This document shows positions 10,248 through 20,611 of a DNA stretch of 40,365 bases, one piece after another. Position 1 is the first letter of the stretch. Each line of letters begins with the position of its first letter. A model generated the notes under the pieces. That model was not told the origin of the DNA, ran no database searches, and saw only the letters and a list, made by a program, of their open reading frames with translations. The DNA comes from an uncultured Clostridia bacterium (GTDB taxonomy: Bacteria; Bacillota; Clostridia; Lachnospirales; Cellulosilyticaceae), in NCBI GenBank assembly GCA_937935915.1, contig CALGWE010000171.1:1-40365 (forward strand), given 5' to 3'. A program made the position numbers and the translations under genes.

Positions 10248-12308
10248 TTAGATAATAAACTCTTTTACTTTATTGTTTAGGTTCTCTGAAATACCTGAAA
10301 GTATTTGGATTTCTTCTTTAACACCTTCAGCTGTATCAATAATATCTTCGATATTATTGACTACTTGAGTTGTGCCTTCTGTTCCTTCAAGAGTTACTAA
10401 TTTTAATTCCTCTGAAGATCTATTAACCTTAGCAATTTCATCTAAGATTCCTTCTGATATCTTAAGTACCTCATCGAAAACTTTGCCCATACAGTTCGTA
10501 TCTGAACCATATTGCTCACTAATATCAATAATTTTTCCATAAGCTACTTTTAAGTTGTCATTCATGTAATCCATTGCTTCATTTGCTGTATCACATAAAT
10601 GCTCAACAGATGTTACAACACCTATTGTAAGGTTTTGAATTAATCTAGCTGTTTCTTCACAGTTAGTTGCTAAATGTCCAATCTCTGAAGCTACTACTGC
10701 AAATCCTTTTCCAGCTTCCCCTGCACGAGCTGCCTCAATAGACGCATTTAATGCTAATAAATTAGTTTGGTTAGAGATTTCTAAAATAGCTTCTGTTAAA
10801 TCATTAATCTGTTTAACTTTACGAGCTTGTTCAATCGTTTCTTTTAGTTTTGCTTCTACTAGTTCAGCATTCTTTCTAGCCTTTTGACTTTCAGATTCTG
10901 TTTGTAAGTGAAGTTCATTAACTCTTTGATTAATACTAGAAACTGTTGTAATTCCTGATTCATTAATCTTTCTCATTTCACTTACTTGACTTGTTATATT
11001 ACTGGCAATACTATTTAATGCCTCAGTTGTTTGCTGTGTTTTTACCATGTTGTGTGATAAATCATTTGCTGCACTACTAATACTATTAACTTTCTCCTCT
11101 AATACATTAATAGCATTAGTTAACCCATTTGCACTCTTATTTACTTCATCACTACCACTTGCAACAGTACTAATTGTTTCACTTACTTTCTCTTGAACTG
11201 AGCTAATTGAATTTGTTAGTACACCAATCTCATTTTTATACCCTTTAAATCTTTCATGAGATTTACCTGTCCAATCATTATTGCTCATTAACATTAAGTC
11301 TTCTGAAGCCTTACTTATTGGATTCGAAATACGTTTACTGCTTACATAGCCAATAACACCTGATAAAATAAGCATTACTACAAATAATATTTGTAAAGTA
11401 CGAACTAATTCCTTAGTGGCTAATTGTACTTCTCTGTCTACTTCTTTCATAGGTACCATAATACATAAGTTATAACCATTTGATAATACGCCATATCCCA
11501 TGTAATAATCTTGACCATTAATTGTTGTTATAACAATTGAGTCATCACCTCTATCAATTGCTTCTGATAATTCATTATATCCTACATCTGTTAATGTTTG
11601 TTCAGCTGTGTACTCTGGGTGTGCGATAAATTCCTTGTTTGAATTTACAAGGAAGGCTCTACCCGTTTCAAAAATAACCTCATCTTGAATTGGTTTAACA
11701 AACTCATCATAGTTGATATCAATCCCTGCAATCCCTACCTGAACACCATCAATGATTACTGGTACAAGATATGTCATACAAGTTGCATTAATTACATCAT
11801 CATAATAAGGTGCACTCCATGATGATATCCCACTTGCTACTGTATTATTTAAGTCTGTTACCATGACTTGTGTACTTGCTTCATTTTCAGGTGTAGCATA
11901 TCCTTTAAGTTCCCCACCACTACTCCATGAAATATATACATCCCCTGTATAATTTGTATTTAATGCAATAAGTACACTAAGTAATTCTTTATGTTTATCA
12001 TGAACAGATAATACAAATGGATTTAACTTTTGTATTAACTCTAAGTTATATTCACGATTACCAAGCATATTAGGATCATAAATACTTTCTAAATATTGTG
12101 CCATAGTAGCTGTAATCGCCTCATATGTAGAATAACTGTTATTAATTTCACCAGCCATTTTTTGTGCATAAGTTTCTAGATACTGTTCCTTATCCTTATA
12201 GGCTTGATGTTGTAATACCAAGATATTCGTTGCGCTAACTATTAAAGTTATAGCAAGTGTCATACACATTATTAGTATGACTAATGTAGTTGATATTTTT
12301 CTTTTCAT
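10248..12308 (-). CDS. Methyl-accepting chemotaxis protein with dCache-type sensor
   Basis: Two TMs, WSAPYYD..GIAGID Cache motif, [31 protein letters not shown]. Confidence 0.92.
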   Translation of the reverse strand: MKRKISTTLVILIMCMTLAITLIVSATNILVLQHQAYKDKEQYLETYAQKMAGEINNSYSTYEAITATMAQYLESIYDPNMLGNREYNLELIQKLNPFVLSVHDKHKELLSVLIALNTNYTGDVYISWSSGGELKGYATPENEASTQVMVTDLNNTVASGISSWSAPYYDDVINATCMTYLVPVIIDGVQVGIAGIDINYDEFVKPIQDEVIFETGRAFLVNSNKEFIAHPEYTAEQTLTDVGYNELSEAIDRGDDSIVITTINGQDYYMGYGVLSNGYNLCIMVPMKEVDREVQLATKELVRTLQILFVVMLILSGVIGYVSSKRISNPISKASEDLMLMSNNDWTGKSHERFKGYKNEIGVLTNSISSVQEKVSETISTVASGSDEVNKSANGLTNAINVLEEKVNSISSAANDLSHNMVKTQQTTEALNSIASNITSQVSEMRKINESGITTVSSINQRVNELHLQTESESQKARKNAELVEAKLKETIEQARKVKQINDLTEAILEISNQTNLLALNASIEAARAGEAGKGFAVVASEIGHLATNCEETARLIQNLTIGVVTSVEHLCDTANEAMDYMNDNLKVAYGKIIDISEQYGSDTNCMGKVFDEVLKISEGILDEIAKVNRSSEELKLVTLEGTEGTTQVVNNIEDIIDTAEGVKEEIQILSGISENLNNKVKEFII

Positions 12309-12441
12309 TACCTACTCCTCTATTTTTTATTACAGCAAAATTATACCATTTTTACAAAAAATGACAATTACTTACATAAAAAAAAGTTGTTACAATAATC
12401 TTTGCAACAACTTTTTTATGCTTATATTTTTAAATAACTTA

Positions 12442-13326
12442 TTATAACGCTGCTGTATAGTCTTCTATGAAACCTTCGCCTAATACTTCGCGTACATCAG
12501 CGATTGTAACAAAGGCTTGTTCATCAACAGCTCTAATAAGATCTCTTAATCTTGTAATCTCTTTTTGTGATACAACTACAAATAACATTTCTTTATCATT
12601 TCCTGTATATTTACCAGTTGCTTTAATACCTGTTACCCCTCTAGGGATTTTTTGCATTATTTCTTGGGCAATAATATCATTTTTATCTGACATAATGAAT
12701 ACTGCTTTTGCGTAATTTACACCTTCAAGTACATTGGTAATAATCTTAGATGTAATATATACAGAAATAATTGCGTACATGGCCTTGTTAGAACCAAATA
12801 CCATAAGACCAGCTAAAATAATTAAACTATCAATACCAAGCATAACTTTTGCAATTGGGAACTTAGGATTAATGAAACGGATAATTGCCGCAAACATATC
12901 TGTTCCACCTGTTGTAGCGCCGCTGCGAAGTACAATTCCTACACCAAGTCCGATAAAGATAGCGCCAAACACTCCACCTAAAAGTAAATCACCCTTTACA
13001 TCGAAAATGTTTGGAAGGAAGTCTGTATACCATAGTGCACAGCTTAATAATACTACTGACCACAATGATTTCTTAGCAAATTCAAAACCACGTTGTTTAA
13101 TGCTTACTACGAATAAAGGTAAGTTAAGTGCAAAGTTTGTAATCCATAATGGGATTTCAAAGCCTAAGTATTTAATAGATAATGTCTTAACGATAATTGT
13201 AATCCCTGAGATTCCACCAGTTACAAGTCCAAGTGGTGAAGTAAACCAGTTAATCCCTAATGCCAATAATGTTACTCCTAAAAGGATTTGTATAAATTCA
13301 TTCTTTTTAATCAATAACTTATTCAT
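12442..13326 (-). CDS. YitT family membrane protein
   Basis: TGGISG, TTGGTD, RGVT..GKYTG and VD.QAFV..EVLGEGF motifs. Confidence 0.9.
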   Translation of the reverse strand: MNKLLIKKNEFIQILLGVTLLALGINWFTSPLGLVTGGISGITIIVKTLSIKYLGFEIPLWITNFALNLPLFVVSIKQRGFEFAKKSLWSVVLLSCALWYTDFLPNIFDVKGDLLLGGVFGAIFIGLGVGIVLRSGATTGGTDMFAAIIRFINPKFPIAKVMLGIDSLIILAGLMVFGSNKAMYAIISVYITSKIITNVLEGVNYAKAVFIMSDKNDIIAQEIMQKIPRGVTGIKATGKYTGNDKEMLFVVVSQKEITRLRDLIRAVDEQAFVTIADVREVLGEGFIEDYTAAL

Positions 13327-13418
13327 TTTTTCTCCTTACTTCTATAATGTTATACGTTCTAGTATTTAGGCAAAAAGAAAAAGCTGTTATTAGTATAAGC
13401 AGCTTTTCCCCTTTTATT

Positions 13419-13751
13419 TCACTTCATTATAACGTATTTGGAACCTTTTGTATATCTAATATACCCTTCTTCCTTCATAATACATAATTTCTTACCAGTT
13501 AAATTCACCTCGAAATTTACAAAGCTTGAAAATAAATCCACATCTCGTAGTACATGAATAGTAATCCACTCACTATGTGGTGTTGTTCTAACTAAGATTG
13601 CTCTAGATAAAGGAAATTGAAAACGTGACATATCTTTTATGTTTAACTCCATATTGACTGTGTACATATCCGTTTCAATGAAATAATCTTTATCTCCTTC
13701 TCGGTCTATAATGCGATATTCTAAATTCGTTACGATTCTATCCGTATCCAT
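13419..13751 (-). CDS. Hypothetical protein
   Basis: 110-aa ORF with GAGG RBS and a downstream hairpin. Confidence 0.6.
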   Translation of the reverse strand: MDTDRIVTNLEYRIIDREGDKDYFIETDMYTVNMELNIKDMSRFQFPLSRAILVRTTPHSEWITIHVLRDVDLFSSFVNFEVNLTGKKLCIMKEEGYIRYTKGSKYVIMK

Positions 13752-13968
13752 CTCTCTTCCTCTTTCTCTCGTTGTACTCTATTTATTTTACTATATCCAC
13801 TTATTCATCTCATTAATTAATCATTTAATTTCATTCTTTTATTTACCATATATTGTATATTTAGTTATTAATTGTTGAGATACCCATCTATATCCCCTAT
13901 AATGAGTATTACTAACTCATATATGTATGTGAGACATTAACTATATTATTGACTACTGGAGGTTAACT

Positions 13969-15201
13969 ATGGAATATTTATTAAACGAAGCAGATCGCTG
14001 CTTAAAGTGTAAAAATCCAAGATGTAAACAACACTGTCCTATTGCAACACCTATTCCTGAAGTTATTACTCTTTTCCAAGAAAATAAACTTCAGGAAGCA
14101 GGTAAAATGTTATTTGAGAACAATCCACTTTCTGCTATTTGTGCAATTGTCTGTCCTCATGAAGATCAATGTAAAGGCTTTTGTATTAAAGGAATCAAAG
14201 GTGAACCTATAAGCTTTTGTGACATTGAACGCTTTATTTCTGAAAAATATCTTGAAGATTTAGTACTTCAAAAAGCACCTAATAATCATCACAAAATTGC
14301 TATCGTTGGTTCAGGCCCAGCTGGTATTACAGCAGCTATTTTATTAGCGCAAAAAAGTTATCAAGTAACTATGTTTGAACTTCATGATCGCATTGGTGGT
14401 GTATTAACTTATGGTATTCCAGAGTTTAGACTTCCAAGAACGCTTGTAGCAAACCTTGAAAAGAAACTTCGTGAACTTGGTGTGACAATCAAAACAAATA
14501 CGATTGTAGGACCAATCATTACTTTAGATAAATTGTTCTTAGATGGTTATGATGCAATCTTCATTGGAACAGGTGTATGGAATCCTAGAACACTTAATAT
14601 TAAAGGTGAAACATTACCACATGCACTCTATGCCATTGATTACCTCAAAAATCCTTCAAGTTATGCATTAGGTGAACGTGTATGTGTTATTGGTGCTGGT
14701 AATGTGGCAATGGATGCTGCTAGAAGTGCCAAATACTATGGCTGTCCAAATGTAACAATCTGCTATCGCCGTGGCGAAGAAGATATGACAGCAACTAAAG
14801 TTGAAATTAATGATGCCAAAGAAGAAGGCGTTAATTTCAATTTATTTAAAAGCCCAGTAGAAATTACTGATGAGGGCGTTATCTTTGTGACAACACGCAA
14901 AGCAACACGTGAAGATGGTTCTGTAAGCTTAGAAACCGTAGAAGGCTCTGAAGAACTTTTCCCTTGCGACTCAGTTATCATTGCTGTTAGCCAAGTTCCT
15001 CAAAGTAATATCGTTTCAACAAGTCCAACCCTCGAAACTAAATATGGCCTTCTTGTAACAGATGAAAAAGGTCATACAACTAAAGAAGGCGTATTTGCTT
15101 GTGGGGATGTTGTAGATGGTGCCAAAACAGTTATCAATGCCGTTGCTGCAGCTAAGCTTGTATCTGAAAGTATTGACGCATACTGCAAATCTTTAAACTA
15201 A
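13969..15201 (+). CDS. NAD(P)-dependent Fe-S flavoprotein oxidoreductase (GltD/NfnB/PreT-like)
   Basis: CLKC..PRC..HCP Fe-S motif, GSGPAG, YGIPEFRLP, GAGNVAMD, FACGD. Confidence 0.88.
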   Translation: MEYLLNEADRCLKCKNPRCKQHCPIATPIPEVITLFQENKLQEAGKMLFENNPLSAICAIVCPHEDQCKGFCIKGIKGEPISFCDIERFISEKYLEDLVLQKAPNNHHKIAIVGSGPAGITAAILLAQKSYQVTMFELHDRIGGVLTYGIPEFRLPRTLVANLEKKLRELGVTIKTNTIVGPIITLDKLFLDGYDAIFIGTGVWNPRTLNIKGETLPHALYAIDYLKNPSSYALGERVCVIGAGNVAMDAARSAKYYGCPNVTICYRRGEEDMTATKVEINDAKEEGVNFNLFKSPVEITDEGVIFVTTRKATREDGSVSLETVEGSEELFPCDSVIIAVSQVPQSNIVSTSPTLETKYGLLVTDEKGHTTKEGVFACGDVVDGAKTVINAVAAAKLVSESIDAYCKSLN

Positions 15202-15220
15202 TTTTTTTAATCAATTAAAA

Positions 15221-15257
15221 TAAAAATGAGGCATTACAAGAGAATGCCTCATTTTTA
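15221..15257. terminator. Bidirectional terminator between convergent genes
   Basis: TAAAAATGAGGCATT / AATGCCTCATTTTTA perfect arms. Confidence 0.8.
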
Positions 15258-15283
15258 TTACTTGTTTATATCTTAAACTTTTA

Positions 15284-15953
15284 TTATTTAAATTTACTTA
15301 CTTCTTCATCTAGCTTATTAGTAATTCCTTCAGTCACTTTCATCTCACCATCAATTGTTTCCATGGCTTTTGCTAGTTCTACTGTGTTACTAACCATATT
15401 AAGTACATCTTTTGTACTCTCTTCAATTGTATTCGAAATTTCATTAACTGCTATCGCTACATTTTGGACAACTCCTTGAAGTTTTTGTGTACTAATTGCT
15501 GCCTCTTTAAGCTTATCATCAAAATATGTTGTATCTGCATTATATTGCTCTGCATTTTTTACAAACTTATCGTAATCTGCTATAACCTTTTGATTCATAA
15601 ATTGAAGCATTTCTTCTGAACTTCCACTAAGTGATTCTACTGCATTTTTAACTAACACGCTAATTTGTTGAATCCCATTAGCTGTTTCTCTACTATTTTC
15701 AGCTAACACTCTAATCTCTTCTGCTACAACAGCAAAACCTTTACCTGCTTCTCCTGCTCTTGCAGCTTCAATAGAAGCATTTAAAGCTAAGAGATTTGTC
15801 TGAGATGTAATACTTAAAATATTATTTGTAAGCTCATCAATTTGCTCAACTTGTTTACTACCTTCAATAGAAGCAGTTAATGCTGCTGACATCTCTTCCA
15901 TCATTTGTAACATATCATTTTTACTTGTAGTTGTTTCTTTGATGTTTATTCAT
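15284..15953 (-). pseudogene. MCP remnant: C-terminal part of the signalling domain only
   Basis: ORF 15284-15913 has the [17 protein letters not shown] motif but no TM or HAMP; the ATG with a strong AGGAGG RBS (15953) is out of frame and stops after 10 codons. Confidence 0.7.
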
Positions 15954-16196
15954 AACACCCTCCTACACCCTAAACAATATCACTTTTTTTTCCATATTAT
16001 CATGTTTATGTATACTTCATCAATCTAATAATTATCAATTGATAAAATTATTTAAACCATACTTTTCTTTTGTTATGACTATTATTTCAATTAAAATCAA
16101 ATTATCTTATCAGTAAATTACTCCATTAAACTTCTTAATAATGAAAAAGTGCCACATAACTCATCAATTAGATGTGTTATATGACACTTTTAGTTT

Positions 16197-16340
16197 TTAT
16201 CTTTTATTTCGGAGGCTATCTCCAGCTCCATTTGTTCCTGAACTCATTGTATTTTTAAAGCCACTTACAGAATTCATTGCTTCTTTTTGGTTATCAATTT
16301 GGCTTTGAATCTTGGCATCTAAAGATTTATGCTTTGACAT
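16197..16340 (-). CDS. Small 47-aa hydrophilic protein (not in the ORF track)
   Basis: GAGAGG RBS; ATG..TAA encoding MSKHKSLDAKIQSQIDNQKEAMNSVSGFKNTMSSGTNGAGDSLRNKR; hairpin directly downstream (16144-16191). Confidence 0.6.
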   Translation of the reverse strand: MSKHKSLDAKIQSQIDNQKEAMNSVSGFKNTMSSGTNGAGDSLRNKR

Positions 16341-16417
16341 ATTGGTTCGCCTCTCTTCGCATTCAAAAATCTACGTTAAAAGTGTTCCCCTTTTCATCTT
16401 AAAATAACCTTAAACTA

Positions 16418-18196
16418 CTAGTTTTCTTGACTAAGTTTAATAAACTCCTCAATATCTTCAGCAACAATACTTAAAGATTTTCTCCAGAATTCTGGTGTTG
16501 TTACATCAATGCCTACTGTTTTTGTAACATCAGCAATTTTAAGTTTACCAGTTACAGAAAGAAGTTTCTTATAATCATGTACGAATTCTTGCCCTTTATT
16601 AAGGTACTCTGCATATAAACCTTTTGCAAATAATAAACCAAAGGCATATGGGAAGTTATAGAAGTTTGCATCGGCATAATAATAATGAGATTTCCATGTC
16701 CACATATATGGATGTAAGTATTCTGGATCTAATCCATCACCATAAGCTTCTCTTTGAGCATCTAACATAATATTTTTGATTTCTTCTACTGTAAGAGGGC
16801 TATCTTTTCTATTTTCAAATACAGCTGTTTCAAATAAGTAACGAGAATAAATATCTACGATTACTTGTGTTGCATCACTAATTTCTGTCTCTAAAATAGA
16901 AAGTACTTCTTCTCTTGAACCTTCTTTAATAGCTGCTTTTTTAACGATTGTTTCACAGAAAGTAGATGCTGTTTCTGCAAGTGGCATTGGATAATTTGTA
17001 TTTAAGATACTTTCATTTTTAAGGCAATCACCATGGAAACCATGTCCTAATTCATGTGCCATTGTAATAGTATCTCCAAAGTTATCACCATAGTTTAATA
17101 AAAATCTACTTTCACCAATGCTTTGGATATTACAGCAGAATGCACCGCCAACTTTACCTTCTTTAGGAAATACATCAATCCAGTGATTATCAAATGCTGT
17201 TCTTGCATAATCTCCTAAGCTCTCATCAAATGTTCTAAACTGCTTTTCTACGAAAGCCTTACCTTGTTCAAAATCATATTTCATCTCTTTTTCAACAATC
17301 GGTGCATACATTTCATAAAATGGTAAACCATTGCTATAACCAAGCATTTCTGCTTTTCTTCTTAAATATTTTCTAAAGATAGGCATACTTTCTTTCATTG
17401 CTTCAAGCATAGCATCTAATGTTGCCCTGTCCATACGAGAATCTTCTAAAGTCATATCAAGTGGTGACTTATAACCTCTAAGTTCTGCCACTGTAATAAC
17501 TTCACCTTTAATGCCATTAAGTGCAGCTGCAATACCATCTTCGATTTTGGCATAAGATGCAATCTCTGCTTCATAAGCACGTTTTCTTAAATCTTTATCT
17601 GAATCATATGCCATATTTAAAACTACTGTAAGTGGTAATGATTCCATTTTGCCATCTATTTCGATATCTACTTTGTGATTCGCAATAAGTAAGTTTTTGT
17701 AGTTTGTCCATGCTGTTGAACCTGTGTTTTTAAGTCTTGCTAGCATAGCTTCTTCTTTTTCACTTAATAAGTGTTTATTTTGTTCAACCTTTTCTTTAAG
17801 ATAAAAGTTAAATTCTTTTAATCGTTCTGAAGCTGCAATAATACTATCTAAATCTTTGATTTCACTAATCCAGTGACTAATACGTGTTTCTGCTTCTGCT
17901 GTTTCACTCAGCTTTTGATCTACAATTGCTTCATATTTTGTGCCTTCCTCATCTTTAGCATTTACGCTTGTTGTAAGAGAAGCAAATACACCTAATTTCT
18001 CAAATGTTGTAGCTAACTCTTCACTTAAAGTAATGTAATCTTCTAATTTACGGCCTTCATTTTCATGAGTTTCAGTCATCACTTTGCTCATCTCATTTAA
18101 GTCTACAATTAGTTTATCTAATCTTACTAAATCATTTTGAAACTCATCACTTGAAAATGATTCATATAGACGTCTTAAATCCCAATTAAAATCCAT
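16418..18196 (-). CDS. M3 family oligoendopeptidase (PepF-like)
   Basis: N-terminal WDL, K.GGAFC, HELGHGFH, LAETAS, FYNFPYAFG. Confidence 0.93.
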   Translation of the reverse strand: MDFNWDLRRLYESFSSDEFQNDLVRLDKLIVDLNEMSKVMTETHENEGRKLEDYITLSEELATTFEKLGVFASLTTSVNAKDEEGTKYEAIVDQKLSETAEAETRISHWISEIKDLDSIIAASERLKEFNFYLKEKVEQNKHLLSEKEEAMLARLKNTGSTAWTNYKNLLIANHKVDIEIDGKMESLPLTVVLNMAYDSDKDLRKRAYEAEIASYAKIEDGIAAALNGIKGEVITVAELRGYKSPLDMTLEDSRMDRATLDAMLEAMKESMPIFRKYLRRKAEMLGYSNGLPFYEMYAPIVEKEMKYDFEQGKAFVEKQFRTFDESLGDYARTAFDNHWIDVFPKEGKVGGAFCCNIQSIGESRFLLNYGDNFGDTITMAHELGHGFHGDCLKNESILNTNYPMPLAETASTFCETIVKKAAIKEGSREEVLSILETEISDATQVIVDIYSRYLFETAVFENRKDSPLTVEEIKNIMLDAQREAYGDGLDPEYLHPYMWTWKSHYYYADANFYNFPYAFGLLFAKGLYAEYLNKGQEFVHDYKKLLSVTGKLKIADVTKTVGIDVTTPEFWRKSLSIVAEDIEEFIKLSQEN

Positions 18197-18354
18197 ACTA
18201 TACGCTTCCTTCCGGCTAATACTATTTTATAAGTATTCTAGCACAAACTTTTCTAAACTTATACGTTTTAGGCACAAAACTCAATAAACTTCCTATTATT
18301 ATAAAAGAGAAGTTCCTAACTTAAAGCTAGGAACTTCTTTCGCTTCTACTTATA

Positions 18355-18807
18355 TTATTTTACTGCTTTTAAAACTACGAATACGTAACTTTCTTCTGCT
18401 TGAATGCGGTACACACCGATTCCTTTTAAGGCATGTACACCAATGTATGCTAAATCTCTTGCTACGATTTCTTCACAGTCGAAACCTTCTTTCTCAAAGA
18501 TTTCATAACCTGTTGTATCTGCAAGTTTTTTAAGTGCTTTAGCTTCATCACGAATTTCTTTTGAAAGGTTTTCATTAGCCCAAGCCCATACCCATACTTT
18601 TTCTGTATAGTCCCAAGACCCAATGCATGCAATATCAAAAGTTAAAGTTTCACCAGCTTCATTTGTAAATTCTAGTGACTTATCTGCTTGATGAAAAATA
18701 TACTTTGTGTATGCTTTTAAATTATATTTTGCTACAAGCTCTTTTTGTTTGTCTTGTACTTCTTTACAACATTCATTTAAAAATCCTTCAAATTCTTTTT
18801 CTGTCAT
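18355..18807 (-). CDS. Conserved hypothetical protein (DUF6882-like)
   Basis: IGSW....W.WAWAN motif; AAGGAG RBS. Confidence 0.7.
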   Translation of the reverse strand: MTEKEFEGFLNECCKEVQDKQKELVAKYNLKAYTKYIFHQADKSLEFTNEAGETLTFDIACIGSWDYTEKVWVWAWANENLSKEIRDEAKALKKLADTTGYEIFEKEGFDCEEIVARDLAYIGVHALKGIGVYRIQAEESYVFVVLKAVK

Positions 18808-19073
18808 TGTCTACTCCTTATTTGCCTCATTTAGCTTATTTAATAATATATTTTAGTTTTTGTTAGCAATTTTACTTCATACACCATTATACACGTTTCT
18901 ATCTTGTCCGACATTTATTTAAATTGTTATTATATTGTATAACTTTTTATATTTTTTTATACTTTTTTCGTCTATTTCATCTAAAAATATTAATACGTAT
19001 TGTTTTTCTTTGTTTTACTTAGTACAATATAGTAACTATGGGATACTATATATAAGGTAGAGGTGATTATGAA

Positions 19074-20159
19074 ATGGATAAAAAATTAAAAGTTGGTATC
19101 GTTGGTGGTACTGGTATGGTAGGACAACGTTTTATAACATTACTTGAAAACCATCCTTTCTTCGAGGTTAAAGTAATTGCTGCTAGTAGTCGTTCTGCTG
19201 GTCAAACTTATGAAAAAGCAGTTGAAGGTAGATGGAAAATGGAAGCTCCAATTCCTGAAGCTGTGAAATCTATGGTAGTTATGGATGCTGCAAAAGTTGA
19301 AGAAGTTGCTTCACAAGTAGACTTCGTATTCTGTGCAGTAGATATGAAAAAAGATGAAATCAAAGCGCTTGAAGAAGCTTATGCAAAAGCTGAAACACCT
19401 GTTGTATCTAATAACTCAGCTAACAGATGGACACCAGATGTACCAATGGTTATTCCAGAAATCAATGACTCTCACTTAGAAGTTATTGAAGCGCAAAGAA
19501 AACGTCTTGGTACAACAAGAGGTTTCATCGCAGTTAAACCTAACTGTTCTATCCAAAGTTATGTACCAATGCTTTCTGCATTATTAGAATTTGAACCAAC
19601 AACAGTTGTGGCTTCTACTTACCAAGCTATTTCTGGTGCAGGTAAAACATTTAAAGAATGGCCAGAAATGATTGATAATGTTATTCCTTACATCGGTGGA
19701 GAAGAAGAAAAAAGTGAACAAGAGCCTCTTCGTATTTGGGGTAAAGTTGAAGATGGCCAAATCGTTAAAGCAGCTGGCCCAGTTATTACAACACAATGTA
19801 TCCGTGTGCCTGTATTAGATGGTCACCTCGCTACAGTATTCGTTTCATTCAAAAAGAAACCAACTAAAGAACAAATTCTTGAAGCTTGGAAAAACTACAG
19901 TGGTAAACCACAAGCATTAAATCTTCCAAGTGCACCAAAACAATTCATTCACTACTTTGAAGAAGATAATAGACCACAAACTCATATCGATCGCAATATC
20001 GAAGGTGGTATGGCTGTATCAGTTGGACGTCTTAGAGAAGATACAGTTTATGATTACAAATTTGTAGGTCTTTCTCACAATACATTAAGAGGAGCTGCTG
20101 GTGGCGCTGTACTTATTGCAGAGTTATTAACAGCTGAAGGATATATTACAGCTAAGTAG
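19074..20159 (+). CDS. asd: Aspartate-semialdehyde dehydrogenase
   Basis: GGTGMVGQ, catalytic PNCS, QAISGAG, RVPVLDGH, HNTLRGAAGG. Confidence 0.97.
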   Translation: MDKKLKVGIVGGTGMVGQRFITLLENHPFFEVKVIAASSRSAGQTYEKAVEGRWKMEAPIPEAVKSMVVMDAAKVEEVASQVDFVFCAVDMKKDEIKALEEAYAKAETPVVSNNSANRWTPDVPMVIPEINDSHLEVIEAQRKRLGTTRGFIAVKPNCSIQSYVPMLSALLEFEPTTVVASTYQAISGAGKTFKEWPEMIDNVIPYIGGEEEKSEQEPLRIWGKVEDGQIVKAAGPVITTQCIRVPVLDGHLATVFVSFKKKPTKEQILEAWKNYSGKPQALNLPSAPKQFIHYFEEDNRPQTHIDRNIEGGMAVSVGRLREDTVYDYKFVGLSHNTLRGAAGGAVLIAELLTAEGYITAK

Positions 20160-20162
20160 GCT

Positions 20163-20358
20163 CGATGGGATTCTGTACGGATGTGCAGGATCCTTTTTTA
20201 GGTTTGAGTGCATGGTTGTGTGGATAAGTACACAAAGCAAATTTTCCTTAACCCTCACTTCGTTCGAAGGTTAGATAAAATTTCTTTGTGTACTTATCCA
20301 CATTTCTATTTCGTTCAAACTTTTATTAGGGTGCCTGCGCATCGTTAGACCTATCTCG
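20163..20358 (+). repeat. ~190-nt imperfect palindrome (REP/MITE-like element or structured RNA) containing two perfect DnaA boxes
   Basis: Perfect 19-bp arms 20219-20237 / 20284-20302 plus outer arms pairing through G-T wobbles; loop CACTTCGTTCG. Confidence 0.75.
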
Positions 20359-20385
20359 CCAGCGTGAGAGATGGATGAGATTAGG

Positions 20386-20607
20386 TTACCTGTACATCAT
20401 TAGAAGTGTGGGGTTAGTCTTCTTGAGTGATGTGGAGCCAGTGGTTGGTTCGGGAGTCTTTTTTAGGCTGAGAACGTTTCCAGCTTCTGATATAGTAAAG
20501 TCCTGTAAGTATACATCTGTTTGCTTAATAAATCCTAATGATATAAATGGTATAGCTAATATTCCTATGATTAATACTACGACAAATAAAAGTTTCTTGG
20601 TTTTCAT
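20386..20607 (-). pseudogene. Probably 3'-truncated membrane-anchored hypothetical protein
   Basis: Good RBS and N-terminal TM (MKTKKLLFVVVLII..GFIKQTDVYL); the last ~24 codons run into compositionally distinct, GC-richer sequence next to the palindrome. Confidence 0.45.
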
Positions 20608-20611
20608 TTAT

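Noticed and set aside
12734..13369. 211-aa plus-strand ORF and other short antisense or overlapping ORFs in the track
   Set aside because: Shadows of real genes on the opposite strand or in another frame; no RBS or recognisable motifs.
20219..20302. DnaA boxes as oriC
   Set aside because: Only two boxes, both part of one hairpin; no dnaA/dnaN context and no switch in gene orientation bias.
20163..20358. 6S RNA
   Set aside because: Length fits, but I see no large central bubble, recognisable 6S motifs or separate promoter; not excluded without an Rfam scan.
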